The position numbers were made by a program, and so were the translations under genes. Below, piece by piece: positions 18,198-29,900 of a stretch of DNA of 64,000 bases (position 1 is the stretch's first letter; every line of letters starts with the position of its first letter). The stretch is taken from assembly GCA_905194345.1 (NCBI GenBank), contig CAJJRZ010000006.1, positions 8,470 through 72,469 of the forward strand, given 5' to 3'. This stretch comes from Coriobacteriaceae bacterium (lineage in GTDB: Bacteria > Actinomycetota > Coriobacteriia > Coriobacteriales > Coriobacteriaceae). The notes beneath the pieces are model-generated. The model did no database searches and was not told the origin of the DNA. It saw only the letters and a program-made list of their open reading frames with translations.

Positions 18198-18770
18198 ATG
18201 TCCATGGATCTACACGAACAAGGGGCGAGCTCCCGTACGTTTGCTATCGCCGCCATTGCCTGCGTGCTCCTGCAGGCGGGCCTGGCGCCGCAGATTTCTA
18301 TCGCGGGCGGTCGCGTCAACTTGATGATTATCCTGGTGTGCCTGAGCGTGTTTTCGGGCGATCCCACGCGTGCTGTCGTCTGCGGTTTTTGCAGTGGCCT
18401 GTTCTATGATCTTTCCGCCGCCGTTCCGGTGGGCGTTATGTCGCTGCTGCTGACGGTGGGCAGTTTTGCCCTGGTGCACAGCGCGGCCGGTCAGACGGGC
18501 GGCTCTCCGAGCGCGCGCGGTATTACCGTGGGCGCCTTCGCGCTTGCCATCAACGTGGTCTACAGCATCATCTTGCTGTTTATGGGTCTGGAGACGAGCT
18601 TCGTGGTGGCTATTTTTGGCCACGCACTGCCGTCTTCGATCCTGACGGGTCTGGTTGCCATTCCATTTTTGATGTCCGGTGTCGTGCCGCAGTCCGGTTA
18701 CGGATTCTCCGCACGAGGTGGTCGTCAGACGGGCATGCGTTTCAAGCCCAAGACCCGCAAACTCAAATAG
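18198..18770 (+). CDS. mreD: Rod shape-determining protein MreD
   Basis: Hydrophobic multi-TM protein with GLFYD motif, between mreC and pbp2. Confidence 0.85.
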   Translation: MSMDLHEQGASSRTFAIAAIACVLLQAGLAPQISIAGGRVNLMIILVCLSVFSGDPTRAVVCGFCSGLFYDLSAAVPVGVMSLLLTVGSFALVHSAAGQTGGSPSARGITVGAFALAINVVYSIILLFMGLETSFVVAIFGHALPSSILTGLVAIPFLMSGVVPQSGYGFSARGGRQTGMRFKPKTRKLK

Positions 18771-18783
18771 GGGAGGCCCGTAG

Positions 18784-20853
18784 ATGTCTTCCCAGATGAC
18801 GGTTATCATCGCCGGTATCGTGCTGGTCGTGGCCATTGTGGTCGCGCTGGTCATCATGCGCCGCGGCGATTCCCGTTTTACCTACGACACACAGCATGGA
18901 ACGGCCCCGCGCGCCACCGAGGGCGAGGGCAATACCGCCGCAACCGCCTTCAAAGGTCGCTTCTCCATCCTCACCGCCGGCGTGGGCGCGATGTTTGCCG
19001 CGCTCGCCGTCAAGCTGTGGGGTATGCAGATGGTCTCGTCGGACTACTACGACAAGCAGGCCAAGAGCAATCAGACCCGTACCGTCACCACGCCGGCTGT
19101 GCGCGGGCGAATCCTTGATCGCAATGGCGTGGCACTTGTGCAAAACCGTCCCTCACTTGCCGTTGTCGCCTATCGCGACCTGGCCGATGACACCGTGCTG
19201 GTGCGCCATCTTGCCAACGTGCTCGGTATGCCCTACGTCGCGGTGCTGCGCAATATCCAGGACAATTCTGAGGGCGCTCAGAGCCTGCATACCATCGCGA
19301 CGGACGTGCGCCGCTCCACGGTTGCCTATATCAAGGAGCATGCCGGCGAGTTCCCGGGCGTGAAGATTGCCGAGCGCACCGAGCGCCAGTACCCGTACGG
19401 CGAGACAGCCTGTCACATTTTGGGCTATACCGGCACCATTACCTCCGAGCAGCTCGAGGCGCAGAACAAGAAGGCTTCGGGCGATAACGATAGCGCCGCC
19501 GGTCAGATTACGTACCAGTCGGGTGATATCGTGGGCCAGGCGGGCGTCGAGAGCTACTACGAGAACTTGCTGCAGGGTATTCGCGGCGAGCAGACGGTGA
19601 AGGTCGATGCCTCGGGCAACGTGACCGGACAGGCCGGCGCCGTGCCTGCCAAGGCCGGCTCCGACATTAAGCTCACGCTTGACCTCAAGATTCAGCAAGC
19701 CTGCGAGACGGCGCTTGCGAGCGCTATCGAACTCGCCAAGACCACGGGCTACAGCAACGCCGGCAACGGCGCCGTGGTGTGCCTCGATCCCAACAATGGC
19801 GAGATTCTGGGCATGGCAAGTGAGCCCAAGTTTGATCCTTCCGTCTTTATCGGCGGCGTCTCAAACGACGTGTGGACCGAGCTCAACGACGACGAGGGTT
19901 CGCACCCACTGCTCAACCGCGCTATTAGCGGCCAGTACATGTCGGCTTCGACCATTAAGCCGCTCTCGGCCTTGGCGGGCCTTGAGTTTGGAACCTATAC
20001 CTCGGGTCAGACGACCAACTGCACGGGATATTGGACCGGCTTGGGCAAATCTTGGGGAAAATACTGCTGGCTGCACTCCGGCCACGGCACGATGACGCTG
20101 CAGTCCGGTATCGCCAATTCCTGCGACCCCGTGTTCTACGATATGGGCAAGGCGTTTTTCTACAACGACCAGCACCCCGAGGGCCTGCAAGAGGTCTTTC
20201 GTCGCTGGGGCCTAGGCAAGACCTGTGGTATCGACCTTCCGAGTGAGGGTGCCGGCCGCATTCCCGATGCCGAGTGGAAAGAGTCGTACTTTACCGATGC
20301 CTCTGCCGAAGACCGCAAATGGAACGCTGGCGATATGACCAACATTGCCATCGGGCAGGGCGACATTTTGGTGACGCCGCTGCAGATGGCCTGCGCCTAC
20401 ATGGGCCTTGCCAACGGCGGCAAACAGTACGTGCCTCACGTGTTTTTGTCTGCCGTGTCGCGCGATGGCGACGGCGATGCCTATAAGTACAACGGTAAGG
20501 GCAAGAAGAAGCGCCTGGAGGCCAAGATCAGCAGCGATTCGGATTTGGCTCTTGTTCGCAACGGCATGCACGATGTGATTTACACGGCATCGACGTCCCT
20601 GGCGGCTCACTTTGGCACCCTGACGCCGCAGGTATACGGCAAGTCGGGCACGGGCGAGAAGAGCGGCGAGGACGAATACGCGTGGTTCTGCGCCTATGCC
20701 CCTGCTGACGATCCTAAGTACGTGATTGCCACCATCTTGGAGCAAGGCGGTGGCGGCTCAGATACCGCGATGCATGTCGTGCGTGACGTGCTCGGCGTGA
20801 TTTATGACGAGCCCGATACCTCTTCGGCCTCGGGCGATTCCTCGGTTCGATAG
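18784..20853 (+). CDS. mrdA: Penicillin-binding protein 2 (class B)
   Basis: RGRILDRNG, RQYPYG, active-site STIK, SCD and KSGT motifs. Confidence 0.93.
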   Translation: MSSQMTVIIAGIVLVVAIVVALVIMRRGDSRFTYDTQHGTAPRATEGEGNTAATAFKGRFSILTAGVGAMFAALAVKLWGMQMVSSDYYDKQAKSNQTRTVTTPAVRGRILDRNGVALVQNRPSLAVVAYRDLADDTVLVRHLANVLGMPYVAVLRNIQDNSEGAQSLHTIATDVRRSTVAYIKEHAGEFPGVKIAERTERQYPYGETACHILGYTGTITSEQLEAQNKKASGDNDSAAGQITYQSGDIVGQAGVESYYENLLQGIRGEQTVKVDASGNVTGQAGAVPAKAGSDIKLTLDLKIQQACETALASAIELAKTTGYSNAGNGAVVCLDPNNGEILGMASEPKFDPSVFIGGVSNDVWTELNDDEGSHPLLNRAISGQYMSASTIKPLSALAGLEFGTYTSGQTTNCTGYWTGLGKSWGKYCWLHSGHGTMTLQSGIANSCDPVFYDMGKAFFYNDQHPEGLQEVFRRWGLGKTCGIDLPSEGAGRIPDAEWKESYFTDASAEDRKWNAGDMTNIAIGQGDILVTPLQMACAYMGLANGGKQYVPHVFLSAVSRDGDGDAYKYNGKGKKKRLEAKISSDSDLALVRNGMHDVIYTASTSLAAHFGTLTPQVYGKSGTGEKSGEDEYAWFCAYAPADDPKYVIATILEQGGGGSDTAMHVVRDVLGVIYDEPDTSSASGDSSVR

Positions 20854-20862
20854 GAGGTTGCG

Positions 20863-22089
20863 ATGGACTTTTCGCCAGCGGACCTGTTCCGCTCAACCAA
20901 AACCGGTTCTCGCAGCAGCCTGGACCGCGTCAACAAGCAACTTTCGGCCTCGCGTAGCACGTTTCGCCAAAAGGTGCATATCGGTGTGCTGCTGGCTACC
21001 GTCGCGCTCGTTGCCTATGGCGCCATCATCATTTGGTCGGCCTCGCAGTTTAAGGCTGATGCCTCGTTCTCGCGCCACCTGCTGGGCATTGGCATTGGCG
21101 CGGTGCTGGCGGTGCTCGTCTGGCGCACCGACCTGCGTGGCATTTCCAATTTCTCGACGGCGCTGCTCGTCATTGACCTTATTGTGATCTTCTCGCCCAA
21201 GATTCCGGGCCTGTCCTATACGGGCGGTCTGGGCATGACGGGCTGGATCAAGATCCCCGGTATCGGCCTGACCTTCCAGCCCGTTGAGCTCGCCAAGCTC
21301 ATCACCATCTTCTTTATGGCCACGCTTGGCTCGCAGTACAACGGGCGTATCGATACCGTTCGCGACTACATTAAGCTCTGCGGCATGCTGTCCATTCCGT
21401 TTTTGGCCGTCGTCGCCATGGGCGACCTGGGCTCGGGTCTGGTCGTGCTGGTGTCGGGCGCCATCGTCATCTGCATGAGCGGTGCGCGTCGCGAATGGGT
21501 GCTGTCGACCTTGGCCCTGCTGGTCGGCTTGATTGCGCTCATCTTGGCGCTCGACTCGGTCTTTGATTCGCTCCTTGGCCACGATGTGCTTATCAAGCAG
21601 TATCAGATGAACCGTCTGACAGTCTTCATCGACCCCGACAATGCCAATTCGGATGATGCCTACAACCTGCAGCAGTCGCTCATCGCCGTCGGCTCGGGTG
21701 GCTTCTTTGGTAAGGGCCTGGGCCACGCAACGCAGTCGGCCGGCGGCTTTCTACCCGAGTTCCACACCGACTTCGTCTTCGCCTTCCTGTCCGAGACGTT
21801 CGGCTTCTGCGGCTCCTTTTTGCTTCTGTGCCTCTACGTGATGCTGATTTTCTCGACGATCCGCGTTGCCTTTAAGTGCGAGTCACTGTTTTTGCGCCTA
21901 TCGTGCGTGGGTATCGTCGGCATGTGGGCGTTCCAAACCTTCGAGAACATCGGCATGTGCATTGGCATGATGCCGATTACCGGTATTCCGCTGCCGTTTA
22001 TTAGTTTTGGTTCGTCGTCGATGATGATTCAGTTGCTGACGGTGGGTATCGTACAATCCATATGGCGGCATCGTTCGGGCGCCGCGTAA
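20863..22089 (+). CDS. rodA: SEDS glycosyltransferase RodA
   Basis: FQPVELAK, DLG, AVGSGG, LPEFHTDF and PITGIPLPFISFG motifs; follows pbp2. Confidence 0.93.
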   Translation: MDFSPADLFRSTKTGSRSSLDRVNKQLSASRSTFRQKVHIGVLLATVALVAYGAIIIWSASQFKADASFSRHLLGIGIGAVLAVLVWRTDLRGISNFSTALLVIDLIVIFSPKIPGLSYTGGLGMTGWIKIPGIGLTFQPVELAKLITIFFMATLGSQYNGRIDTVRDYIKLCGMLSIPFLAVVAMGDLGSGLVVLVSGAIVICMSGARREWVLSTLALLVGLIALILALDSVFDSLLGHDVLIKQYQMNRLTVFIDPDNANSDDAYNLQQSLIAVGSGGFFGKGLGHATQSAGGFLPEFHTDFVFAFLSETFGFCGSFLLLCLYVMLIFSTIRVAFKCESLFLRLSCVGIVGMWAFQTFENIGMCIGMMPITGIPLPFISFGSSSMMIQLLTVGIVQSIWRHRSGAA

Positions 22090-22107
22090 CCGCTGGAGGG
22101 GTTTGCC

Positions 22108-23037
22108 ATGAAGATTCCCGTAGATAAGTTGACCAGCGCTTTTAAGATGGGCGCGTCTGTTAAGAAGGATTCCGATACGCCGGTTCGTGTTTCGGTTTAC
22201 CTTGATTCGACTGCGTCTCGCTTTTTGGTCGAGACGGTGCGCGATGCCTTTGTGCCGCAGACGACTTCGGGCATTGTGCGTGTTGATCGCCTGGGGGAGG
22301 ACCGTATCGTTCCCAAGGCCGATACCGACGTGGTGTTGGTCCTCTCGTGCGGATCTGACCGCTTGGAGAGTGCTGTGCAGGAGCTCGTGATTGCCGGCGC
22401 GCCCGTGTGCGTGCTTGCCGAGTCCGCCGTCGAGGTGCCGTTCGTTGAGGAATCTACGCCCATGCTCGGCGTGGTGGCAGCGACCGATAAGACCTATCTG
22501 CTCGAGACACTTGCCCGCTGGATTCTCGATCGTACGGACAAGGAGACGGCTTTTGCCGCCAACTTTGCCTTTATGCGCATCGCGGCGGCAAATCGCATCA
22601 TTACCTCGTGCGCGCTCACCAACATGGCGACGGGCGCCCTGGTGTTTTTGCCGGGTGCCGACTATCCCGTGATGGCCCTGGCGCAGGTGGGCATGCTCTT
22701 TGAGCTGGCGGCTATCTTTGGGCGCGGCATTAAGCCCGAGCGCGGCTACGAGGTCGCGGGCGTGCTTGCCGGCGGTCTTGTGATCCGCGCGGTCACCCGC
22801 GCGCTCGTCAAGCAGACGCCGCATATTGGGTTTGCCGTTAAGGCGCTCACTGCTGCCGCGGGCACCTATGGCATGGGCCGTGCGCTTGTTTCGCTCTACG
22901 AGCGCGATGTCGACTACAGCCGTGCCAACGAGGTGGTCACTGCCACGTTCTCCCGCGTTCGCGATCTGGTGACCACGGTCGCGGGCGCTACCCGTCCTAT
23001 GGCGTCCTACCAAGACGCATCCGATCTCGCTGCTTAG
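22108..23037 (+). CDS. Hypothetical protein with DUF697-like C-terminal helices
   Basis: Good RBS and codon usage. LVFLPGADYPVMALAQVGML..LAAIFG pattern recalls DUF697/YcjF-type proteins. Confidence 0.6.
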   Translation: MKIPVDKLTSAFKMGASVKKDSDTPVRVSVYLDSTASRFLVETVRDAFVPQTTSGIVRVDRLGEDRIVPKADTDVVLVLSCGSDRLESAVQELVIAGAPVCVLAESAVEVPFVEESTPMLGVVAATDKTYLLETLARWILDRTDKETAFAANFAFMRIAAANRIITSCALTNMATGALVFLPGADYPVMALAQVGMLFELAAIFGRGIKPERGYEVAGVLAGGLVIRAVTRALVKQTPHIGFAVKALTAAAGTYGMGRALVSLYERDVDYSRANEVVTATFSRVRDLVTTVAGATRPMASYQDASDLAA

Positions 23038-23047
23038 GGGTTTTCTG

Positions 23048-24925
23048 TTGCGCGTTCCGTATCAAGACTGCTTTCATTTAATTGAGCCGCTGCTCGCCAA
23101 GGTCGAAAAGCCGAGCCGCTATATCGATCACGAGTGGGGCACGCTTTCCAAGGCCGATGCCGACTACCGTTGCTGCCTGATCTACCCGGATGTGTACGAG
23201 GTTGGTTTGCCCAACCAGGGCATCGCCATCCTCTACAACATCCTTAACCAGGCCGAGGGCATCTCCTGCGAGCGTGGCTATGTGCCGTGGCCCGATATGG
23301 GTGACGCCATGCGCGAGGCGGGCATTCCGCTGCTGTCGCTCGAAGGTGCTGCCCCCGTTGCTTCGTTTGATATCGTCGGTCTGCATGTGCCGCACGAGAT
23401 GGCGGTGACGAACTTCCTCGAGGCACTCGATCTCGCTGGCATTCCGCTGTTAGCGGCCGACCGAGGTGAAGACGACCCCATCATCATCGCCGGCGGCCCC
23501 TCGGTGTACAACCCCGAGCCGTACGCGGCCTTCTTCGATGCCATCCTCATCGGCGAGGGCGAGGAATCGCTGCTCGAGACCTGCCAGCTGCATCGGCGCC
23601 TGCGCGACGAAGGAGTCCCGCGCGCGCAGATTGTTGAGCAGCTTGCATCCATTGCCGGCAACTACGTGCCGTCGCTCTATGAGATTCGTCACGACGAGCC
23701 CTGCTCGCCGCATGGCTACACCGTGCCGCGCGAGGGCAAGGATGCTCCGGCCGTGGTCTACAAGCGCGTCGTCGAGGATTTCGGCGCCACGAATCCGCTG
23801 TCGCAGTCGTGCGTGCCCTATGCGCAGCTGGTTCACGACCGCCTGTCTATCGAGATTCTGCGCGGCTGCGCTCGCGGCTGTCGTTTTTGCCAGGCCGGCA
23901 TGACGTATCGCCCGGTGCGCGAGCGTTCGGCCGACCAGATCGTCTCGTCGGTGATTCAGGGTCTGGAAAAGACCGGCTATGACGAGGTGTCGCTGACCTC
24001 GCTCTCCACGACCGACCACTCCTGCATTCGTGACGTGCTCGGCAGGCTCAACCGTCGCCTGGAGGATACGGGTATTCGCGTGTCTATTCCGTCGCAGCGC
24101 TTGGATTCGTTTGGCGTGGATATGGCCGAGTCGGTCGCCGGCGAAAAGAAGGGCGGCCTGACGTTCGCGCCCGAGGCCGGCAGCCAGCGCATGCGCGACA
24201 TCATTAACAAGAACGTGACCGAGGAGGACCTGGACCGTGCGGCCAAGGCGGCCTTCGAGGCCGGCTGGAACCGCATGAAGCTCTACTTTATGATGGGCCT
24301 TCCCGGCGAGCGCGACGAGGACATCGTGGCCATCGCCAATCTGGCCGATCACGTGCTGGAGCTTGGTCGTTCCGTGGTGCCCAAGGCTCGTCGCGGCTCG
24401 ATCTCGGTGTCCATCTCGGTTTCGGTCTTTATCCCCAAGGCTGCCACGCCGTTCCAGTGGTGCCCGCAGCTCGACTACGACGACGTCAAGCGTCGCCAGA
24501 AGTTGCTTATCACGAGCGTTCGCAACCGTGCCGTCCGCGTGCATTACCACGATGCCGAGACTTCGCTCATCGAGGCCGCGCTGTCCCGCGCCGGTCGTGA
24601 CATGACGCCCGTCATCATCGATGCTTGGCGCGCGGGCTCTCGCTTTGACGCCTGGGTAGAGCATTTCTCGCTCGATAACTGGAAGGAGGCTGCTGCCAAA
24701 AACGGCATCGACCTCAATGAGCTCGTGCACCTGCCCTACGAGTTGGACTGGCGCCTGCCGTGGGAGCATGTGAGCCCCGGCTGCACGCGCGGCTTCCTCG
24801 AGCGCGAGTACCGTCGCTCACTCGAGGGCGTCACGACTCCCGACTGCACCCGCACGTCGTGCACCGGCTGCGGAATCTGCCCCACGCTTCACGCCAAGAA
24901 TGTATTGATGGGTGATCGCGCATGA
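23048..24925 (+). CDS. Radical SAM protein (TIGR03960-like)
   Basis: KPSRY, YPDVYEVG, RGCARGCRFC (CxxxCxxC), TFAPEAGSQRMR, and C-terminal CxxxxCxxCxxC. Confidence 0.88.
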   Translation: MRVPYQDCFHLIEPLLAKVEKPSRYIDHEWGTLSKADADYRCCLIYPDVYEVGLPNQGIAILYNILNQAEGISCERGYVPWPDMGDAMREAGIPLLSLEGAAPVASFDIVGLHVPHEMAVTNFLEALDLAGIPLLAADRGEDDPIIIAGGPSVYNPEPYAAFFDAILIGEGEESLLETCQLHRRLRDEGVPRAQIVEQLASIAGNYVPSLYEIRHDEPCSPHGYTVPREGKDAPAVVYKRVVEDFGATNPLSQSCVPYAQLVHDRLSIEILRGCARGCRFCQAGMTYRPVRERSADQIVSSVIQGLEKTGYDEVSLTSLSTTDHSCIRDVLGRLNRRLEDTGIRVSIPSQRLDSFGVDMAESVAGEKKGGLTFAPEAGSQRMRDIINKNVTEEDLDRAAKAAFEAGWNRMKLYFMMGLPGERDEDIVAIANLADHVLELGRSVVPKARRGSISVSISVSVFIPKAATPFQWCPQLDYDDVKRRQKLLITSVRNRAVRVHYHDAETSLIEAALSRAGRDMTPVIIDAWRAGSRFDAWVEHFSLDNWKEAAAKNGIDLNELVHLPYELDWRLPWEHVSPGCTRGFLEREYRRSLEGVTTPDCTRTSCTGCGICPTLHAKNVLMGDRA

Positions 24926-25734
24926 GTGAGCGCCTGACCGACACCCCCACGCTCTTTAGGCTTCGTGTTCGCTATGGCAAGCGCGATCGCCTTAAGTACC
25001 TGGGCCATCTCGAAGTAATCCATACCATTGAGCGCATCGTGCGCCGCGCGGGACTTCCCTATGCCGTCACGCAGGGCTTCTCTCCGCACATGCGCGTGGG
25101 CTTCTCTTCGGCGCTACCGGTGGGTACGTCGTCGACCTGCGAGTGGTATGACCTGTTTATGACCGAGTTCGTGGCGCTCGACGAGGCGTTTGGGCGCCTG
25201 GCTGCGGCGTCTCCGGCCGATCTGGCGCCCATCGAGGCGGCGTACATCGACGTGCGCACGCCGGCGTTGACGGCGCAGCTCACGCGTCTGTCGTATCGCA
25301 TCGACCTGCACTTGGATCCCGAGGCGCCCGTAAGCGCCGACGAGGTGCGCGCTGCGATTGACATGCTGCGCGCGGACCATGGCATCGACTACGCGCGCGG
25401 CAAAAAGAGCAAGCGCTTGGATTTGGATCACACGCTCGTGGGCTATGAGCTCACGGCAGGGGAGCGCCCGGACCATTTGGTGCTCATGCTCGACACCCAT
25501 GCCGACAACGAGGGCTCCATGCGTCCGGAAATTTTGCTTTCCGCTGCTGATGTTTTGTTGCAGGGCTTGACCCCGGGCGTGGATGCACCTATTGTTTCCA
25601 CCGGTATGCAAGACCTCGTGACCATCTGCTCCTACGATGTCGAGCGTCAGAATCAAGCATGCGAGGACGACGAGGGCCGACTCGTCAGCCCCATACCTGT
25701 GCGAACTTGTGGATTTGCTCCACATACTCGTTGA
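24922..25734 (+). CDS. Radical SAM-linked protein (TIGR03936/DUF2344-like)
   Basis: KYLGHLE..RRAGLP..TQGFSPH..ALPVG pattern; ATGA overlap with the radical SAM gene. Confidence 0.82.
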   Translation: MSERLTDTPTLFRLRVRYGKRDRLKYLGHLEVIHTIERIVRRAGLPYAVTQGFSPHMRVGFSSALPVGTSSTCEWYDLFMTEFVALDEAFGRLAAASPADLAPIEAAYIDVRTPALTAQLTRLSYRIDLHLDPEAPVSADEVRAAIDMLRADHGIDYARGKKSKRLDLDHTLVGYELTAGERPDHLVLMLDTHADNEGSMRPEILLSAADVLLQGLTPGVDAPIVSTGMQDLVTICSYDVERQNQACEDDEGRLVSPIPVRTCGFAPHTR

Positions 25735-25759
25735 CGGGGGTATTTTCGCCTGCTACTAT
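25731..25759 (+). promoter_or_regulatory. Sigma70 promoter of rplU operon
   Basis: TTGACG-17 bp-TACTAT. Confidence 0.7.
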
Positions 25760-25801
25760 ATTCGGCTGTTGCACTAACTGATGCATGAAGGGCAAGTAAA
25801 C

Positions 25802-26176
25802 ATGTACGCAATCGTTAACACGGGCGGCAAGCAGTACAAGGTCGCCACCGACGATGTCATCACCGTCGAGAAGATCGAGGGCAATGAGGGCGACAAGGTC
25901 ACCCTGCCGGTCATCTTCCTCAACGATGGTAAGAAGATCGTCACCGATCCCGACAAGCTGGCCAAGGCCAAGGTTACCGCTCAGATCGTTGAGCAGTTCA
26001 AGGGCGAGAAGCAGCTGGTCTTCAAGTTCCACAAGCGTAAGCGCTATCGTCGTCTGAAGGGTCACCGTCAGCAGCTCACCAAGCTGAAGATCGTGAAGGT
26101 CCAGGCTACGTCCCGCGCCAAGAAGGCTGTCAAGGCAGAGGCCGAGGCTGTTGCCGAGGCTCCCGTCGCCGAGTAG
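25802..26176 (+). CDS. rplU: 50S ribosomal protein L21
   Basis: MYAIVNTGGKQYKV...KGHRQ. Confidence 0.97.
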   Translation: MYAIVNTGGKQYKVATDDVITVEKIEGNEGDKVTLPVIFLNDGKKIVTDPDKLAKAKVTAQIVEQFKGEKQLVFKFHKRKRYRRLKGHRQQLTKLKIVKVQATSRAKKAVKAEAEAVAEAPVAE

Positions 26177-26209
26177 ATTACACTCGTAACGAAAGAGTAG
26201 GTATACACA

Positions 26210-26467
26210 ATGGCACACAAAAAAGGACTCGGTTCCTCCCGTAATGGCCGTGACTCCCGCGGTCAGCGCCTTGGCACGAAGCGCTATGCCGGCCAGACGG
26301 TAACCACGGGCACGATTCTCGTCCGTCAGCACGGCACTCACATCCACCCGGGTGAGAACGTTGGCCGTGGCAAGGACGACACGCTGTTCGCGCTGGTCGA
26401 CGGTACCGTTGAGTTCCACAAGGGTATCAAGCACAGGGTCAGCGTACGCCCGCTCGCGAACGCGTAA
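26210..26467 (+). CDS. rpmA: 50S ribosomal protein L27
   Basis: [16 protein letters not shown]. Confidence 0.98.
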   Translation: MAHKKGLGSSRNGRDSRGQRLGTKRYAGQTVTTGTILVRQHGTHIHPGENVGRGKDDTLFALVDGTVEFHKGIKHRVSVRPLANA

Positions 26468-26539
26468 TTCACCCTTCATAGAGCACATATGTGGGAGGCA
26501 CTTGAGTTTTAGGATTCAAGGGTCTCCCTCTTTTTGTAG

Positions 26540-28018
<1,479 letters not shown>

Positions 28019-28021
28019 GCC

Positions 28022-28699
28022 ATGTCGCTGCGCGGTGGAATCGGTTTGCCCGAGCTACCCATAAAAGAGGGCAAGGAGTTTCGGCTTGGCATTATGGGCG
28101 GCACCTTTGACCCGATTCATTACGGGCACCTGGTGACTGCCGAGCAGGCGCGCGAGTCGCTCGACTTGGACGCTGTGCTCTTTATGCCGGCGGGCTCTCC
28201 CGCCTTTAAGCTTGACAAGCCGGTGACGCCTGCCGAGGACCGTTATGCCATGACGGTCCTCGCCACCGCCGCGAACCCGGCCTTTTTGGCGAGCCGGTTC
28301 GAGATTGACCGTCCGGGCGTAACCTATACGGCCGATACGCTTCATGCCCTTCGCGACTTTTACCCGCCGCAGGTAAAGCTCTACTTTATTACGGGCGCCG
28401 ACGCGATTATTGATATTGTGACCTGGCATGATGCCGAGCGAATTGCTGAGCTTGCTACCTTTATTGCGGCGACGCGACCGGGTTTTGATATCGATACGGC
28501 GCGTGCCCGAATCAAAGAGTCGGGGCTGCCGTTCGATGTGCGCTATATTCAGATTCCGGCGCTGGCGATCAGCTCGACGAACATTCGTAAGCGAGTTGCC
28601 CGCGGCATGAGCGTGCGCTATCTTACGAGCGAGTCTGTGCTCGGCTACATTCGCAAGCGCAGGCTATATGCCGATCTGGGTCAAGAAGATTTTGAGTGA
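28022..28699 (+). CDS. nadD: Nicotinate-nucleotide adenylyltransferase
   Basis: GGTFDPIHYGH, ITGAD and ISST motifs. Confidence 0.95.
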   Translation: MSLRGGIGLPELPIKEGKEFRLGIMGGTFDPIHYGHLVTAEQARESLDLDAVLFMPAGSPAFKLDKPVTPAEDRYAMTVLATAANPAFLASRFEIDRPGVTYTADTLHALRDFYPPQVKLYFITGADAIIDIVTWHDAERIAELATFIAATRPGFDIDTARARIKESGLPFDVRYIQIPALAISSTNIRKRVARGMSVRYLTSESVLGYIRKRRLYADLGQEDFE

Positions 28700-29319
28700 T
28701 GGGGGCTACGTTGTCGGTAGAGGATCAGTTTGAGGGCGATGAGCGCGCGCTGCTCAAGCGCATTCAAGAGCTGCTCGATGTTCGCATGAAAGATAAGCGC
28801 AAGCGCTATGTGCATTCGTTGGGTGTTGCCGAGACCGCACTTCATCTGGCCGAGGTCTACGGCGTTGACCGCTTTGATGCCGCTGCCGCCGGCTTAATTC
28901 ACGACTGGGACAAGGTGCTTTCCGATGACGAGCTCGTGGCCCGCGCGATTCACTATGGCATCAAAGTTGCCGGCTCTCCTTCCGCCGCGACGCCGCTTTT
29001 GCATGGCCCTGTTGCCGCCTATGAGCTTCCGCAGCTTTTCCCCGAGCTGTCGCCGGCTGTTTTCCAGGCTGTCGACCGTCACACCGTGGGTGCCTGCGAT
29101 ATGACGCCGCTCGATATGGTGGTCTTTGTGGCAGATGCCATCGAGCCTAACCGTCACGGCGACTATGTCCATGCGCTGCGCAAGATGGTGGGGAAGTCCT
29201 CGCTCGATGAGTTGTTCTTCTCCTGTTTTGCGCAGGGTCTGGTCTATGTGATCCAGTCCGGGCGCTATCTTTATCCCACGGCTATTACGATTTACAACCA
29301 TTACGCCCAGCTGCGCTAG
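28696..29319 (+). CDS. yqeK: HD-domain Ap4A hydrolase YqeK
   Basis: RYVHSLGV, IHD, LHG, HT and ADAIEP motifs; nadD-yqeK-rsfS synteny. Confidence 0.88.
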   Translation: MMGATLSVEDQFEGDERALLKRIQELLDVRMKDKRKRYVHSLGVAETALHLAEVYGVDRFDAAAAGLIHDWDKVLSDDELVARAIHYGIKVAGSPSAATPLLHGPVAAYELPQLFPELSPAVFQAVDRHTVGACDMTPLDMVVFVADAIEPNRHGDYVHALRKMVGKSSLDELFFSCFAQGLVYVIQSGRYLYPTAITIYNHYAQLR

Positions 29320-29346
29320 CTCGGGCTGTCTAGAAAGAGGTATTCC

Positions 29347-29802
29347 ATGGCCGACGAGACCATGACCGACGAGCAGATTCTTGAAGGTGTGGAGCACAAG
29401 AGCTTCGTTGCCACGTCCGACCGCACTGCCGCCTCGCTGTCCGCGAGCGGTGTCGCCGCCGAGGATGTCGCCCGCGCCGCCGCGCAGGCCGCCTACGACA
29501 AGAAAGGCGAGGACGTGCAGGTGCTCGATCTGACCGAGCTCTCCGACGTGTGCGACTACTTTGTGCTCGCCACCGGTACCAATAACCGTCAGGTCGATTC
29601 TATCGTCGACGAGATCGAGGAGAAGGTCGCCGTGGCTTGCGGTGAGCACCCGTTCTCTATCGAGGGCCGCGAGCAGAAGACCTGGATGCTCATGGACTAC
29701 GGCTCGGTTGTCGTCCACGTCTTCACTCCCGAAGCCCGCGACTTTTACCGCCTAGAAAAGCTCTGGGGTGACGCCCCCCAGCTCCCCCTCGACCTCCTCT
29801 AG
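29347..29802 (+). CDS. rsfS: Ribosome silencing factor
   Basis: DKKGED, DYFVLATG, W.LMDYGSVVVHVF and FYRLEKLW motifs. Confidence 0.95.
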   Translation: MADETMTDEQILEGVEHKSFVATSDRTAASLSASGVAAEDVARAAAQAAYDKKGEDVQVLDLTELSDVCDYFVLATGTNNRQVDSIVDEIEEKVAVACGEHPFSIEGREQKTWMLMDYGSVVVHVFTPEARDFYRLEKLWGDAPQLPLDLL

Positions 29803-29844
29803 TGGCTCATTTGATATGGGGCTTTTAGTTGGCCTCGCGCATTT

Positions 29845-29889
29845 TGCCGGGCAGTTGCGGTTTTCCGCACCTGCCCGGCTTTCTTTTTG
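29845..29889 (+). terminator. Terminator between convergent rsfS and dinB
   Basis: GCCGGGCAG...CTGCCCGGC followed by T tract. Confidence 0.7.
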
Positions 29890-29900
29890 CCCAAAGGCGG

